Below, one piece after another: positions 19,768-29,623 of a stretch of 64,000 nt of DNA (its first letter is position 1; the number at the start of each line of letters is the position of its first letter). Under the pieces are notes generated by a model. It saw nothing but the letters and a program-made list of their open reading frames with translations. It ran no database searches and was not told the origin of the DNA. Origin of the DNA: an uncultured Chloroflexia bacterium. GTDB lineage: Bacteria > Chloroflexota > Anaerolineae > CG2-30-64-16. The translations under genes were made by a program, and so were the position numbers. The stretch covers positions 160,001 to 224,000 of the forward strand of contig CAWEMM010000011.1 in the NCBI GenBank assembly GCA_963810095.1, written 5' to 3'.

Positions 19768-21096
19768 TCACCTAAACATGTCCATCAACCCGCGCATGCC
19801 GCCCTTGCCCGAGCCCATCTGCTTCATCATGCGCTGCATCTGGCGGAACTGGTTGAGCAAGTCGTTGATCTCGGGCACAGTCGTACCCGAGCCGCGGGCG
19901 ATGCGGCGCTTGCGGCTGCCGTTGATGATCTTCGGATCATGGCGCTCGTCCGCCGTCATCGAGTTGATGATCGCCTCGATCCGTTTGAACTGCTTGTCCG
20001 TGTCCTCGGGCTGAATCTGGGCGGAAAGCTTGTTCATGCCCGGAATCATGTCGAGGATCTGGGTGAGCGGACCCATCTTCTTGAGCTGCTGCATCTGCTT
20101 CAGGAAGTCGTCCAGGTTCAGCTCGCCCTTGACCAAGCGCTTGGTCATCTTCTCGGCCTGCTCGCGGTCGACGGTCTCGCCGGCCTTCTCGATGAGCGTC
20201 ATCATGTCGCCCATGCCGAGGATACGGGTCGCCAGGCGGTCCGGGTAGAAGATTTCCAGCGCGTCGAGCTTCTCGCCGATGCCCAGGAATTTGATCGGGA
20301 CGCCCGTGACCTCGCGCATCGAGATCGCCGCGCCGCCTCGGGCATCGCCGTCCACCTTCGTCAGGATCAAGCCTGTGAGCTGGACGCGATCGTGGAACCC
20401 TTTCGCCACGTTGACGGCTTCCTGGCCCGTCATCGCATCGGCCACCAGCAGGATTTCCTTGGGCTTCGCGATGCTCTTGATCTGGTCGAGCTCGGCCATC
20501 ATGTCGTCCGAGATCTGCAGGCGGCCGGCCGTGTCGAGGATGATCACGTCCATCGCCATCTCGCGCCCGCGCTGCAGGCCGTGGCGCACGATCTCGGGCG
20601 GCGGCACCTTCGTGCCCTCGCTGAACACGGGGATGTCGATCTGCTTGCCCACAACCTCGAGCTGGGTGACGGCCGCGGGGCGATAGGTGTCTGCCGCCAC
20701 CAGCATGCTGCGCTTGCCCTGCTTCCGCAGCGTCAGCGCCAGCTTGCCAGCCGTGGTCGTCTTGCCCGAACCCTGCAGGCCCACCAGCATGATCACGTGC
20801 GGAGGCGTGCCCGACAGGTCGATCTTGGCGCCTTCACCCAACGTCTTAAGCAGTTCCTCGTGCACGATCTTGACGACCTGCTGCGCGGGGGTCAGGCTCT
20901 TCATCACCTCCGAGCCGATCGCGCGCTCGCGCACTCGGGCCACGAGTTGCTTGACAACCTTGAAGTTGACGTCGGCTTCGAGCAGCGCCAGGCGGACCTC
21001 GCGCAGCGCGGTGTCCACGTCGGCTTCGGTCAGGCGGCCGTGCGCGGCCAGCCGCTCGAAGACATTATTCAGCTTGGTCTGCAGACTCTCAAACAT
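19768..21096 (-). CDS. ffh: Signal recognition particle protein Ffh
   Basis: ALLEADV, GLQGSGKTTT, DTAGR, TKVDGDARGG and RILGMGD motifs, followed by a Met-rich M domain. Confidence 0.97.
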   Translation of the reverse strand: MFESLQTKLNNVFERLAAHGRLTEADVDTALREVRLALLEADVNFKVVKQLVARVRERAIGSEVMKSLTPAQQVVKIVHEELLKTLGEGAKIDLSGTPPHVIMLVGLQGSGKTTTAGKLALTLRKQGKRSMLVAADTYRPAAVTQLEVVGKQIDIPVFSEGTKVPPPEIVRHGLQRGREMAMDVIILDTAGRLQISDDMMAELDQIKSIAKPKEILLVADAMTGQEAVNVAKGFHDRVQLTGLILTKVDGDARGGAAISMREVTGVPIKFLGIGEKLDALEIFYPDRLATRILGMGDMMTLIEKAGETVDREQAEKMTKRLVKGELNLDDFLKQMQQLKKMGPLTQILDMIPGMNKLSAQIQPEDTDKQFKRIEAIINSMTADERHDPKIINGSRKRRIARGSGTTVPEINDLLNQFRQMQRMMKQMGSGKGGMRGLMDMFR

Positions 21097-21278
21097 GGGC
21101 GCTCTCGAACATCACGGTCGTCCCGAGCCGGAAATACGCGCATGGGCCGGCGCGCTGGCCGGCCCATGGGATCACACTCTGATCCTGATTTTACGGGACA
21201 TTGCGCTTTTCGTCAAGTAGATGCTATAATCGCAGCGTCCGCCGAAATTGCGTTCCACTTTCGCAGGAGTGCTTCCCG

Positions 21279-21578
21279 ATGATCTACAAGGATCCCACGC
21301 CAGACGGCGAGCACGTGCGCGTCACGTTCGAGTTGCCCTCGAGTTTGTGGGCCGAGCGTGTCAATCTCGTGGGCGATTTCAACGATTGGGACACGAGCAA
21401 GGACGCGATGACGCAGTCGCGAGCCAACGGGAACTGGCGGATTACCCTCGTGCTGCCGAAGGGCAAACAGTACCAGTTCCGCTACCTCGTCAACGGCCGA
21501 GACTGGCACAACGAGTGGCATGCGGACGAGTACGTGTCGAACAAGTATGGGTCGGACAACTCGGTCGTTACCACCTAG
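21279..21578 (+). CDS. Small glycogen-binding (CBM48/isoamylase early-set) domain protein
   Basis: VTFELP...VNLVGDFNDW...YQFRYLVNG..W...N.YGSDNSV. AGGAG RBS and an extended -10 TGCTATAAT at 21222-21230. Confidence 0.85.
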   Translation: MIYKDPTPDGEHVRVTFELPSSLWAERVNLVGDFNDWDTSKDAMTQSRANGNWRITLVLPKGKQYQFRYLVNGRDWHNEWHADEYVSNKYGSDNSVVTT

Positions 21579-21609
21579 AAACCCGGCTTCTTGAAGAAAC
21601 CGGGTTTCT
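21577..21609. repeat. REP-like AGAAACCCGGnTTCT dimer between convergent genes
   Basis: AGAAACCCGGCTTCT-TGA-AGAAACCGGGTTTCT. Confidence 0.75.
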
Positions 21610-21611
21610 AA

Positions 21612-22721
21612 CTACTGCACGATCGTCAGTGGCACCGGCACGAAGACGAGCACGAACAGCACCAGCATGGCCGCCGCGAACACCTTCTGACGCTCGGTCA
21701 GCTCGGTGATCTCGTCCAAGGGCATGTCCTGGATACGCGTTGCCAGCAGCAGCAGCACCAGCCAGAGCACCCACCCCGTCCACACAAACGACAGCGCCAC
21801 CATCACCCCAAGCATCACCCACCCCAGCAGCCTGGCGCGCTGGGGCCCCAACAAGGCATAGGCGATGTGCCCGCCGTCGAGCTGCCCCGCCGGAATCAGG
21901 TTCAGGCCGGTGACGAGCAGTCCGGCCCACCCGGCAAACGCCAACTGGTGGACCCATACATCCATCCCCGCCGAGGGCAGGAGCCGGCCGAACACCAGGA
22001 ACTTCAGCGCCGCATAGAGCAGCGAGTTCCCTTCCATCTGGTAGCCGCCGGGCGGCAGAGGCTGCAAGTGGCTCAGCTTGAGCCCAATTAGCAGGACCGG
22101 GATCGCAACCACCAGGCCGGCGACGGGACCCGACGCGCCGATGGCCAGCAGGTGCCGCCGGTTTCGGATCGGCGCGCCGGCCGTGATCACCGCGCCGAGT
22201 GTGCCGAAGGGTCCGATGGGCAACGGGATGAAGTACGGCAGGCTGGTCGGGCTGCCCAAGCGGCGGGCCGTCAGGTAGTGCCCGAACTCATGCGCCAGCA
22301 GGATGGCGAGCAAGCCGGCGGCGAACGGCAGTCCGTCGAGCAGGTGAAAGTTCCAGGTGGTCAGCCCGTCCACCATCTGCGCCCCGGCGAAGAGGCACGA
22401 GAATACCGTTAATATGAAGAGCACCGCCGGGAGCAGCACACGCGGTTTGCCGCCCCCGAAGGTGACGGGGAGCGCCAGCAATTCTTCGCCCGGCCCGTCA
22501 GGCCGCCGGCGCAGCGTGGGCGTCCACCCGGAAGGGCTGAGCCGGTCGGAAAGCAGCTGCCAAGCCCGCTCGGCCGGCATGAACAGCCGGCCATGGACGC
22601 GCACCGCGTTGGCAGGCGGCACCCCGGCCATAACGTTATCGATGCTCATGACCTCGGCGGCTGCGGCCCGAACTTCATCCACTCCGCCCGGGGGCTGCTC
22701 CAGTGGGGTTACTCCACGCAT
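21612..22721 (-). CDS. Site-2 protease (peptidase M50) family membrane metalloprotease
   Basis: HEFGH zinc motif, PYFIPLP...GTLGA, NLIPAGQLDGGH and multiple TM segments. Start uncertain (22721 or 22649). Confidence 0.88.
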   Translation of the reverse strand: MRGVTPLEQPPGGVDEVRAAAAEVMSIDNVMAGVPPANAVRVHGRLFMPAERAWQLLSDRLSPSGWTPTLRRRPDGPGEELLALPVTFGGGKPRVLLPAVLFILTVFSCLFAGAQMVDGLTTWNFHLLDGLPFAAGLLAILLAHEFGHYLTARRLGSPTSLPYFIPLPIGPFGTLGAVITAGAPIRNRRHLLAIGASGPVAGLVVAIPVLLIGLKLSHLQPLPPGGYQMEGNSLLYAALKFLVFGRLLPSAGMDVWVHQLAFAGWAGLLVTGLNLIPAGQLDGGHIAYALLGPQRARLLGWVMLGVMVALSFVWTGWVLWLVLLLLATRIQDMPLDEITELTERQKVFAAAMLVLFVLVFVPVPLTIVQ

Positions 22722-24752
22722 TCGCGCTTCTCGCCCCTGAGTGCCGCGGCCACCGCGCTGCCGTCCACCGACTCACAGCGGATCAGCTCTTCCGTGAGCA
22801 TCTCGAGCGCGTCCCGGTGCTCGGTGAGCAGGCGCTGGGCCCGCTCGACCTGCTCCGATACGATCCGCTTGACCTCGGCATCGATGGTCTCGCGCGTCTC
22901 GGGGCTCAGGCTCGCGTTGTCCTCCATGGCCCCGCCCAGGTACTGCAGCTGCTGCCCGGCATAGCGTACCCAGCCCAGCTTCTCGCTCATCCCCCACTCG
23001 GTGACCATGCGCCGGGCGAGCTCGGTCGCGCGGTTGATGTCGTCAGACGCACCCGTGCTGATCTCGTTGTAGATGATCGTCTCGGCCGAGCGCCCACCCA
23101 TCATGATCGCGATGCGGTCCAGCAGCTCGTCCTCGCGAATCAGGTAGCGATCCTCTTCCGGCATCTGCATCGTGTAGCCCAGCGAGCCCCGGCTGCGCGG
23201 CACGATGCTGATCTTCGAGACGGGGTCGCCGTGCGGCACAAGATGCGCGATCAGCGCGTGGCCGGCCTCGTGATACGCCACCGCACGCTTCACGTCCTCG
23301 TTCAGCATCTTGGTCCGCTGCTCGAGCCCTGCGACGACGCGTTCGATGGCCGCCTCGAAGTCCCGGATCGTGACCGCGTCCGCGTCCCGGCGGGCTGCCA
23401 GCAGCGCGGCCTCATTCATGATGTTCGCCAGGTCCGCACCGCTGAAGCCGGGCGTCATCCGGGCGGCCCGCTCGATGTCGAAATCGGGCGTCAGCTTCAC
23501 GTTCTTGCTGTGAATGCGCAGGATTTGCTGGCGGCCGATCAGGTCAGGGTTGCCGACCGTCACCTGGCGGTCGAAGCGCCCGGCGCGCAGCAGCGCCTGG
23601 TCGAGCACCTCGGGCCGGTTGGTGGCGGCCATGATGATCACGGGCGCGGTTGTGTTTGTCTTGAAGCCGTCGATCTCGGCGAGCAGCTGATTGAGCGTCT
23701 GCTCGCGCTCGTCGTTGCCGCCAATTCGCATATTCATGCCGCGGCTCGCGCCGATCGCGTCGATCTCGTCGATGAAGATGACGGCCGGAGCGGCCTTGCG
23801 GGCTTGTTCGAAGAGGTCGCGCACACGGGCCGCGCCCACGCCGACGAACATCTCCACGAATTCGGACCCGCTCGTTTCGAAGAAGGAAACGCCGGCTTCG
23901 CCCGCCGTCGCCTTGGCGAGCAGCGTCTTGCCTGTGCCGGGCGGCCCGACGAGCAGCACGCCCTTGGGGATGCGCCCGCCGAGCTTCGCAAACTGCTCGG
24001 GGCTCTTCAGGAACTGGATGGTTTCCTGAAGCTCGGCGATGGCCTCGTCGGCGCCGCCCACGTCCTTATACGTAACGCCCACATCTTCGGGCTTGACCTC
24101 TTGCGCCTTGCTCTTGCCCACCCCGAAGATATTGCCCAAACCGCCGCCGCCCATTCCTGCGCCGCCACCCGAGCGGGCGCGGAAAAGCATGTACCAGAAG
24201 CCCCCGAGCAGCGCAAGGGGCAAAATCCATGAGATGAGGAACGCGCCGATTGGGCTGTCGGGCCGGGCAAAGCGGTACTGCACGCCCGACGCCTGCAGGT
24301 CTTTCACCAGGTTCGGGTCGCCGCCGCTCTCGAAGAAGGTATTGAAAGTGAGTGTGTTCGTGTTCGGCTGGCTTGCGCCGATCGCCGCGGCGAGGTCCGG
24401 ACGCAATCACCGTGGGACTGCCGGGAGCCCCTGCCGTTGGCAGAGCGGTCGGAGCAGCCGTTGCGCCGGGCGCCGGAGTTGCCGCAGGGTTCGGGTTCTT
24501 CATCTCGCCGCTCAAGGCCGTCTGGCCGATCTCGACGGACAGGATTTGACCGGCGGCGAGTTTCTGGCGGAACTCGCTGTAGGGTATCTCGGCCGTGCGC
24601 ACGCTGAGCGGGCCGAGGACAAACTGTTGAAATAGCCAGAGTACGACGAGCCCGACGAGAATGTAGGTCACCCCATAACGCATCTGGCGCCCCATCTGCT
24701 CTTGGCGCTCTTTCTCGTCGTCTTGATCTGGCTTGCGATCCTTCTTATCCAT
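22709..24752 (-). CDS. ftsH: ATP-dependent zinc metalloprotease FtsH; frameshift about 24403
   Basis: N-terminal TM segment and IPYSEF periplasmic domain (ORF 24066-24752) join a second TM segment, [31 protein letters not shown] and HEAGH. Confidence 0.95.
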
Positions 24753-24916
24753 CCTGAGACATCCTCGCTAAACATCGTCCAACCAATGCCCAAAGTATTG
24801 CATATCCACGCCTGCGCGTATGTGTCTTGGCGCACCAATACCGTCCGGAAGTAGCCCTTCCGTGCGCCTCGCCGTGCCCGGCCCCCCCACCTGCCCCAGC
24901 GGCTGAGCGGCGCGGC

Positions 24917-24953
24917 AAAAAAACCCCCCGCGGTCTGGGGAAACCGCGGAGGG
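24917..24953 (-). terminator. Rho-independent terminator after the corrinoid protein gene
   Basis: Minus strand reads CCCTCCGCGGT-TTCCCCAG-ACCGCGGGGGG followed by T7. Confidence 0.75.
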
Positions 24954-24986
24954 CTGCGGGGTTGAAGGCGAAGACCTTGAGGGAAC

Positions 24987-25619
24987 CTACGCCATCAGGG
25001 ACTTGGCGAGCCGTACGGCAGACGAGGCATCCGGGCTGTAGCCGTCGGCGCCGATCTGCTTGGCGAAGCCATCTGTTACGGGCGCGCCGCCGATCATAAC
25101 CTTGACCTGATCGCGCAGGCCGGCTTCCTGGAGCGCCTTGATCGTGCCCGTCATCGAAGGCATGGTCGTAGTAAGCAGCGCAGACATGCCGATCACCTGG
25201 GGCTTGTGATCCATCACCGCCTTGACGAACTTATCGGGGGTCACGTCGGTGCCCAAGTCGACAACGTCGAACCCGGCGCCTTCGAGCATCATGGCGACAA
25301 GGTTCTTGCCGATATCGTGGAGATCGCCCTTGACTGTGCCAACGACGACTTTGCCTGCCGGCGCCGCGCCTGAGTCGGCCAGCAGCGGCTTCAAAATGGC
25401 CAAGCCGGACTGCATGGCACGCGCCGAGACCAGCATCTCGGGCACAAAGTACTCGTTTTCCTCGAACAGCCGGCCGACCTCGCCCATGGCGGAGATCAGG
25501 CCTTCCTTCAGGATAACGTCTGGCGCGGTGCCCTCAGCAATGGCTGCCTTTACACCCGCCTGCGCTGCGGCGGCGTTGCCGTCCAAAACGGCTTGATAAA
25601 TGGCTTCGAGTTGGCTCAC
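24987..25619 (-). CDS. Cobalamin-binding (corrinoid) protein, MtbC/MttC/MetH-cap family
   Basis: Cap domain (EYFVPEMLVSARAM) plus the B12 motif GDLHDIGKNLV, MSALLTTT and GGAP. GTG start with GGAGG. Confidence 0.92.
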   Translation of the reverse strand: MSQLEAIYQAVLDGNAAAAQAGVKAAIAEGTAPDVILKEGLISAMGEVGRLFEENEYFVPEMLVSARAMQSGLAILKPLLADSGAAPAGKVVVGTVKGDLHDIGKNLVAMMLEGAGFDVVDLGTDVTPDKFVKAVMDHKPQVIGMSALLTTTMPSMTGTIKALQEAGLRDQVKVMIGGAPVTDGFAKQIGADGYSPDASSAVRLAKSLMA

Positions 25620-25852
25620 AGTGTCCTCCAGCGTAACGCGGCTTGGGGATGAATCGGCAGCTCGCCGGCGCTGCTGGCCGGTCTGCCTACAAACTGCTGC
25701 CAGTATACGCGTAACACATGGGTCCAACAATGACGTTAATCAGGAACCCCGACTTGTTTCTTTGCTCGCAGCCACGTATAATCGAACGGGTCGGATAGCT
25801 TAGGCGAGACTGGCTCCTTTTTATTCCCTCCCCATCGAGGCAAAGCCACCAC

Positions 25853-27479
25853 ATGCGAAAACGACGGTCAGGTGTCCTGTTCCAGCCCGCGGTCGGGCGC
25901 GCGCTACAACGCGGTGCAGCAACCCTGGTTGCGGCTGTTGAGCCCACACTCGGACCGCTGCCCCGCTACACGGCCATACAGCGCGCAACCACGGGCGGCC
26001 CCGAGATCCTGGACCAGGCGGGCGTCATCGCCAGAAGGGTCATTGCGCTGCCTGACCCCGACGAAGACGTCGGCGCGATGCTGGTGCGACACCTGATGTG
26101 GCAGATGACCGAGCGGGTCGGCGACGGCGGAGCGACGGCGGGCGTGCTGTTCCTCGCCATTTACAGGGCGGGGCGCACTTACGTCACGGCGGGCGGCAAC
26201 CCGATGGTGTTGCGTGGGCACCTGGAAGCCGCAACCCGGGTGGTTCTTGCGGAGTTGGACGGCATGGTCCGCCCGGTCGAGGGGCGCGAGGCCCTGGCCA
26301 ACCTGGCACGCTCGGTCTGCTTCGACGATCAACTCGCAGCCGTGCTGGGCGAGATCTTTGACATTATTGGCGAATACGGTGGGCTGGACATTCGCACCGG
26401 GCGGGGCCGGGATCTCGAACGCGAGTACGTCGAGGGGATGTACTGGGACGGCGGTTTGCTCTCACGTGAGCTGACCACGGATTCGGCCCGCCTGCGCGGT
26501 GAGCTCGAAGATGCGGCGGTGCTGGTGAGCAACCTAGAAATCACGGATGTGCGCGATCTTGCAGACTTTCTCTCGCAGTGCGCGGCCGGCGGTGTCAAGA
26601 CGCTGTTCATCGTGGCGCGCAGTATCTCGAACGAGGCCATGAGTGTACTCGTCGTCAACAACAACGCTGGGAGCATGAAGACCCTGGCCGCCCGGTGTCC
26701 GATCTCAGGAACGACCGTACACGACGACCTGGAGGACATGGCCGTGCTCACCGGCGCGCGCGCCTTCCACATGGACGCCGGCGATTCGATCCGGTCGGTC
26801 CGGGTGGCCGACCTGGGCCGGGCTCGGCGGGCCTGGGTAGACAAAGACTACCTGGGCGTGTCGGGTGGCGGCGGCGATCCCCGGGCTGTACGCACCCACC
26901 TTGCGAACCTCCGCCACGCCTACGGGGCCTCGCAGCGCGACGGCGAGGCACGGCAGAAGCTGCGGAGGCGCATTGGCAAACTGCTGGGCGGCGCGGCCAC
27001 GCTGTGGATCGGCGCGGCGACCGAGGCCGAGATGGAGCCTCGGAAAGCGCTGGCCGAAAGGACTGCAGAGTCGTTGCGTGCGGCCCTCGTCGACGGTGCG
27101 CTGCCGGGCGGCGGGGCCGCCTTCCTGGCCTGCCGGAAGGCGCTGCGCGACTGCGGAAACGCGGCGACCACGCCCGACGAGCGCGCCGCCTATCGCATTC
27201 TGGCCCAGGCGCTCGAGGCGCCCGCACGCACCATCCTCCGCAATGCCGGCGCCGAGGTTGCAGCCGCAATGGCCGGGATCGACGCGGCGCCGCCTCGGCT
27301 ACGGTTACGACGTCGTCGGCGGCCGGGTCGTTGACATGGCCGAAAGCGGCCTGCTTGACGTTGCAGCCGTCGTACGCTTGGCCCTAACCTCTGCCGTATC
27401 TGTCGCCGCGATGGCCTTGACCACCGACGCCCTCGTTCACACCGACTTCGGAACGCAGGGCGCCAACTTCACCCCGTGA
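25853..27479 (+). CDS. Highly divergent GroEL/Cpn60-family chaperonin paralogue; frameshift about 27293
   Basis: V.PTLGP, VGDGGATA (canonical GDGTTTA), EYVEGMYWDGG, LEDMAVLTGA, GAATEAEM, ALPGGGAA, ALEAPARTILRNAG, GYDV...DMAESGLLD and LTTDALV. No GGM tail and no groES nearby. Confidence 0.85.
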
Positions 27480-27484
27480 GAGAC

Positions 27485-28435
27485 ATGAACGACCAACCGA
27501 CCGAAAACCAGATTGAAGACGCTGCCGTGTACGCCATCGTCGCTTCGCCCGCTTACGCGACCGACGGTACCTGCTTTGCGGCCACGGCGGCGGGGCTGCG
27601 CGTCTCGCACGATTGTGCGGTAACCCTGTCGGATGCCTACCGCGCCCTGCAGCTGCCGGAACCGCTGCCCACCCCTGCGGTCACGCTCTCGCCGGGCTTC
27701 GAATCGGACGGCACGGTGTTCGCCGGCGTGTTCGGCGCGATCTTGCGTTCCCACGATCGGGGCGCGAACTGGCTTTATGCCGAGCTGCGCACGCCACCCC
27801 CCGTCGTCACCTGTCTCGCCGTCTCGCCCGCGTACGAACAGGATGGAATTGTGTTCGCCGGCACGCTGCAGGATGGGATTTTCCGCTCGGCAGACCGCGG
27901 TGACCGGTGGGCCGCGTGGAACTTCGGGCTCATCGACCTGGGCGTGCTCTGCCTGGCCCTCTCGCCTGCGTATGCCACGGACGAAACACTGGTGGTAGGC
28001 ACGGAAACCGGCCTGTTCCGCAGCACAAACGGAGGGCGGGCCTGGCGTGAACTGGGCCTGCCGACCGATCTCGCGCCGGTTCTCAGCGTGGCCTTCGCTC
28101 CTGACTATACGAAGAGCGGCGTTCTGTTTGCGGGGACCGAGTCCAGCGGGCTCTGGGTCTCGTCGGACCGCGGCCGCAGTTGGGCATCGGTCGAGGCCCT
28201 TGAAGAGGGCGCAGTGAACGCGCTGCTCGTGGAGCAAGGCGGTGAGGGCCTGACGCTCGTGGCGCTTGTCGAAGACCAGGTCCGCGTCTCACACGACGGC
28301 GCGGCGACATGGGACATCCTGCCAAGCGCCGAGGACCTGGCGCCTATTTGCCTGGCCGCTCCACTGGGCGCGGCCAGGGGCGCCCCCCTGCTCGTCGGCT
28401 GCTCAGACGGGGCGCTACGCCAGCTGACCCTTTAG
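27485..28435 (+). CDS. BNR/Asp-box beta-propeller repeat protein
   Basis: Repeated 'SP.Y..DG.vFAGT...G.FRS.D.G..W' units (SHDRGANW, SADRGDRW, STNGGRAW, SSDRGRSW, SHDGAATW). No signal peptide. Tightly coupled to the GroEL-like gene. Confidence 0.8.
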   Translation: MNDQPTENQIEDAAVYAIVASPAYATDGTCFAATAAGLRVSHDCAVTLSDAYRALQLPEPLPTPAVTLSPGFESDGTVFAGVFGAILRSHDRGANWLYAELRTPPPVVTCLAVSPAYEQDGIVFAGTLQDGIFRSADRGDRWAAWNFGLIDLGVLCLALSPAYATDETLVVGTETGLFRSTNGGRAWRELGLPTDLAPVLSVAFAPDYTKSGVLFAGTESSGLWVSSDRGRSWASVEALEEGAVNALLVEQGGEGLTLVALVEDQVRVSHDGAATWDILPSAEDLAPICLAAPLGAARGAPLLVGCSDGALRQLTL

Positions 28436-28499
28436 CAGCACGCCTACGCGATAGCCATCGCTGGCACGATGTGGTTGATTCCTGGATTTACTATACGAA

Positions 28500-29391
28500 A
28501 TGTCCGATTTACCCGGCATATTCGAATCTTTGCCCCTGTTCGGCCTGCGCGTCCTCGACACACGTGCGGCCGGAGACGGCGAAGAGCTGACCCGCAGGCT
28601 CCGCGAGCTGGGCGCCGAGCCGGTCTCGCTCCCCGCGACGCACATCGTGCCCCCGGACGACCTTACCCCGCTCGACGCCGTTGTTATGTCCATCCGCAGC
28701 GCCCCACCCCACACGCCGGCGTACGACTGGGTCGGCTTCACCAGCGCCCACGGAGTTACGGCGTTCCTGGACCGCCTGCTGGGGAGCGGTGAGAACCTTG
28801 CCGGCGTACCTCGCGCTGCCCATTCCGGGAGCGAGCCGGGAAGGGGCGCCGCGGAGCTCCTGGCCGGGATCAAGCTTGCCGCCGTGGGAGAAGCCACCTC
28901 TGCCGCACTCACAAGCTACGATCTCACGCCCGACCTGGTGCCCGACCGGGCCGCGGGTCGCTACCTTGCCGACGCACTGGGCGACGTGTCAGGGCTGCGC
29001 ATCCTGCTGCCTCGCTCCGACGTCGCGCTGCGCGACCTGCCCGAAGCACTTCGCAAGCGGGGCGCCCTCGTCCAGGAAGTCGTCGCGTCACGCGACGCGT
29101 CCCGCCCCCGCAGACGCCGGGGTGCTGCAGAGGATGACGACTCAGCCCGTCGACGCGGTCACCTTCTTCAGCCCGTCCGCCGTCCGCGGCTTCGCCGCGC
29201 AGGTCGCGCCGCGGTCCCCCGCCGACTTCCTGGCTGGGGCCGTCGTGCTGTGTGTCGGCGAGACGACGGCCAACGCCGCCCGCGAACACGGCTTGGTCGA
29301 TCCGCTCATTGCGAGCGAGGCAACGGTGCGCGGCGTGGTCGCGGCGCTGGTGCAATGGCGCAGGGAGCGCGGAGCAGGGCAAAGGGGTTGA
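28500..29391 (+). CDS. hemD: Uroporphyrinogen-III synthase (HemD); frameshift about 29089
   Basis: PLFGLRVLDTRA, YDWVGFTSAHGV, AAVGEATSAAL, RILLPRSD, then V(AY)AT...VTFFSPSAV...CVGETTA. Confidence 0.82.
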
Positions 29392-29623
29392 CGGGCAAGC
29401 GCGTCGGCTGACGAGCGCGTTGGCGGGCGAGAAGGTGACGGGGGTGAACGCCGGCGGAGCACCGACTAGGAACGCGAACTATCCCCTGCCTCGACGCCTC
29501 GGCTAGCTTCGTATAGTCCGACGGAGTTGGGGGCGTTGCAGTCCGGGCGGGCCGGCCAGCCCGCTCTGCGAAGTATTGGCGTCCGGACCCTCAGATGCGC
29601 AGCAAGCGACGCGGTCGCTTGCT

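Noticed and set aside
19660-21278. SRP RNA (ffs) or tRNA near ffh
   Set aside because: No SRP domain IV motif (CAGG..GGAA.GCAGC) and no tRNA cloverleaf or T-loop were seen here or elsewhere in the window.
25620-25852. Cobalamin riboswitch upstream of the corrinoid protein gene
   Set aside because: No B12-box or conserved GGGAA/GCCACTG elements could be identified by eye.
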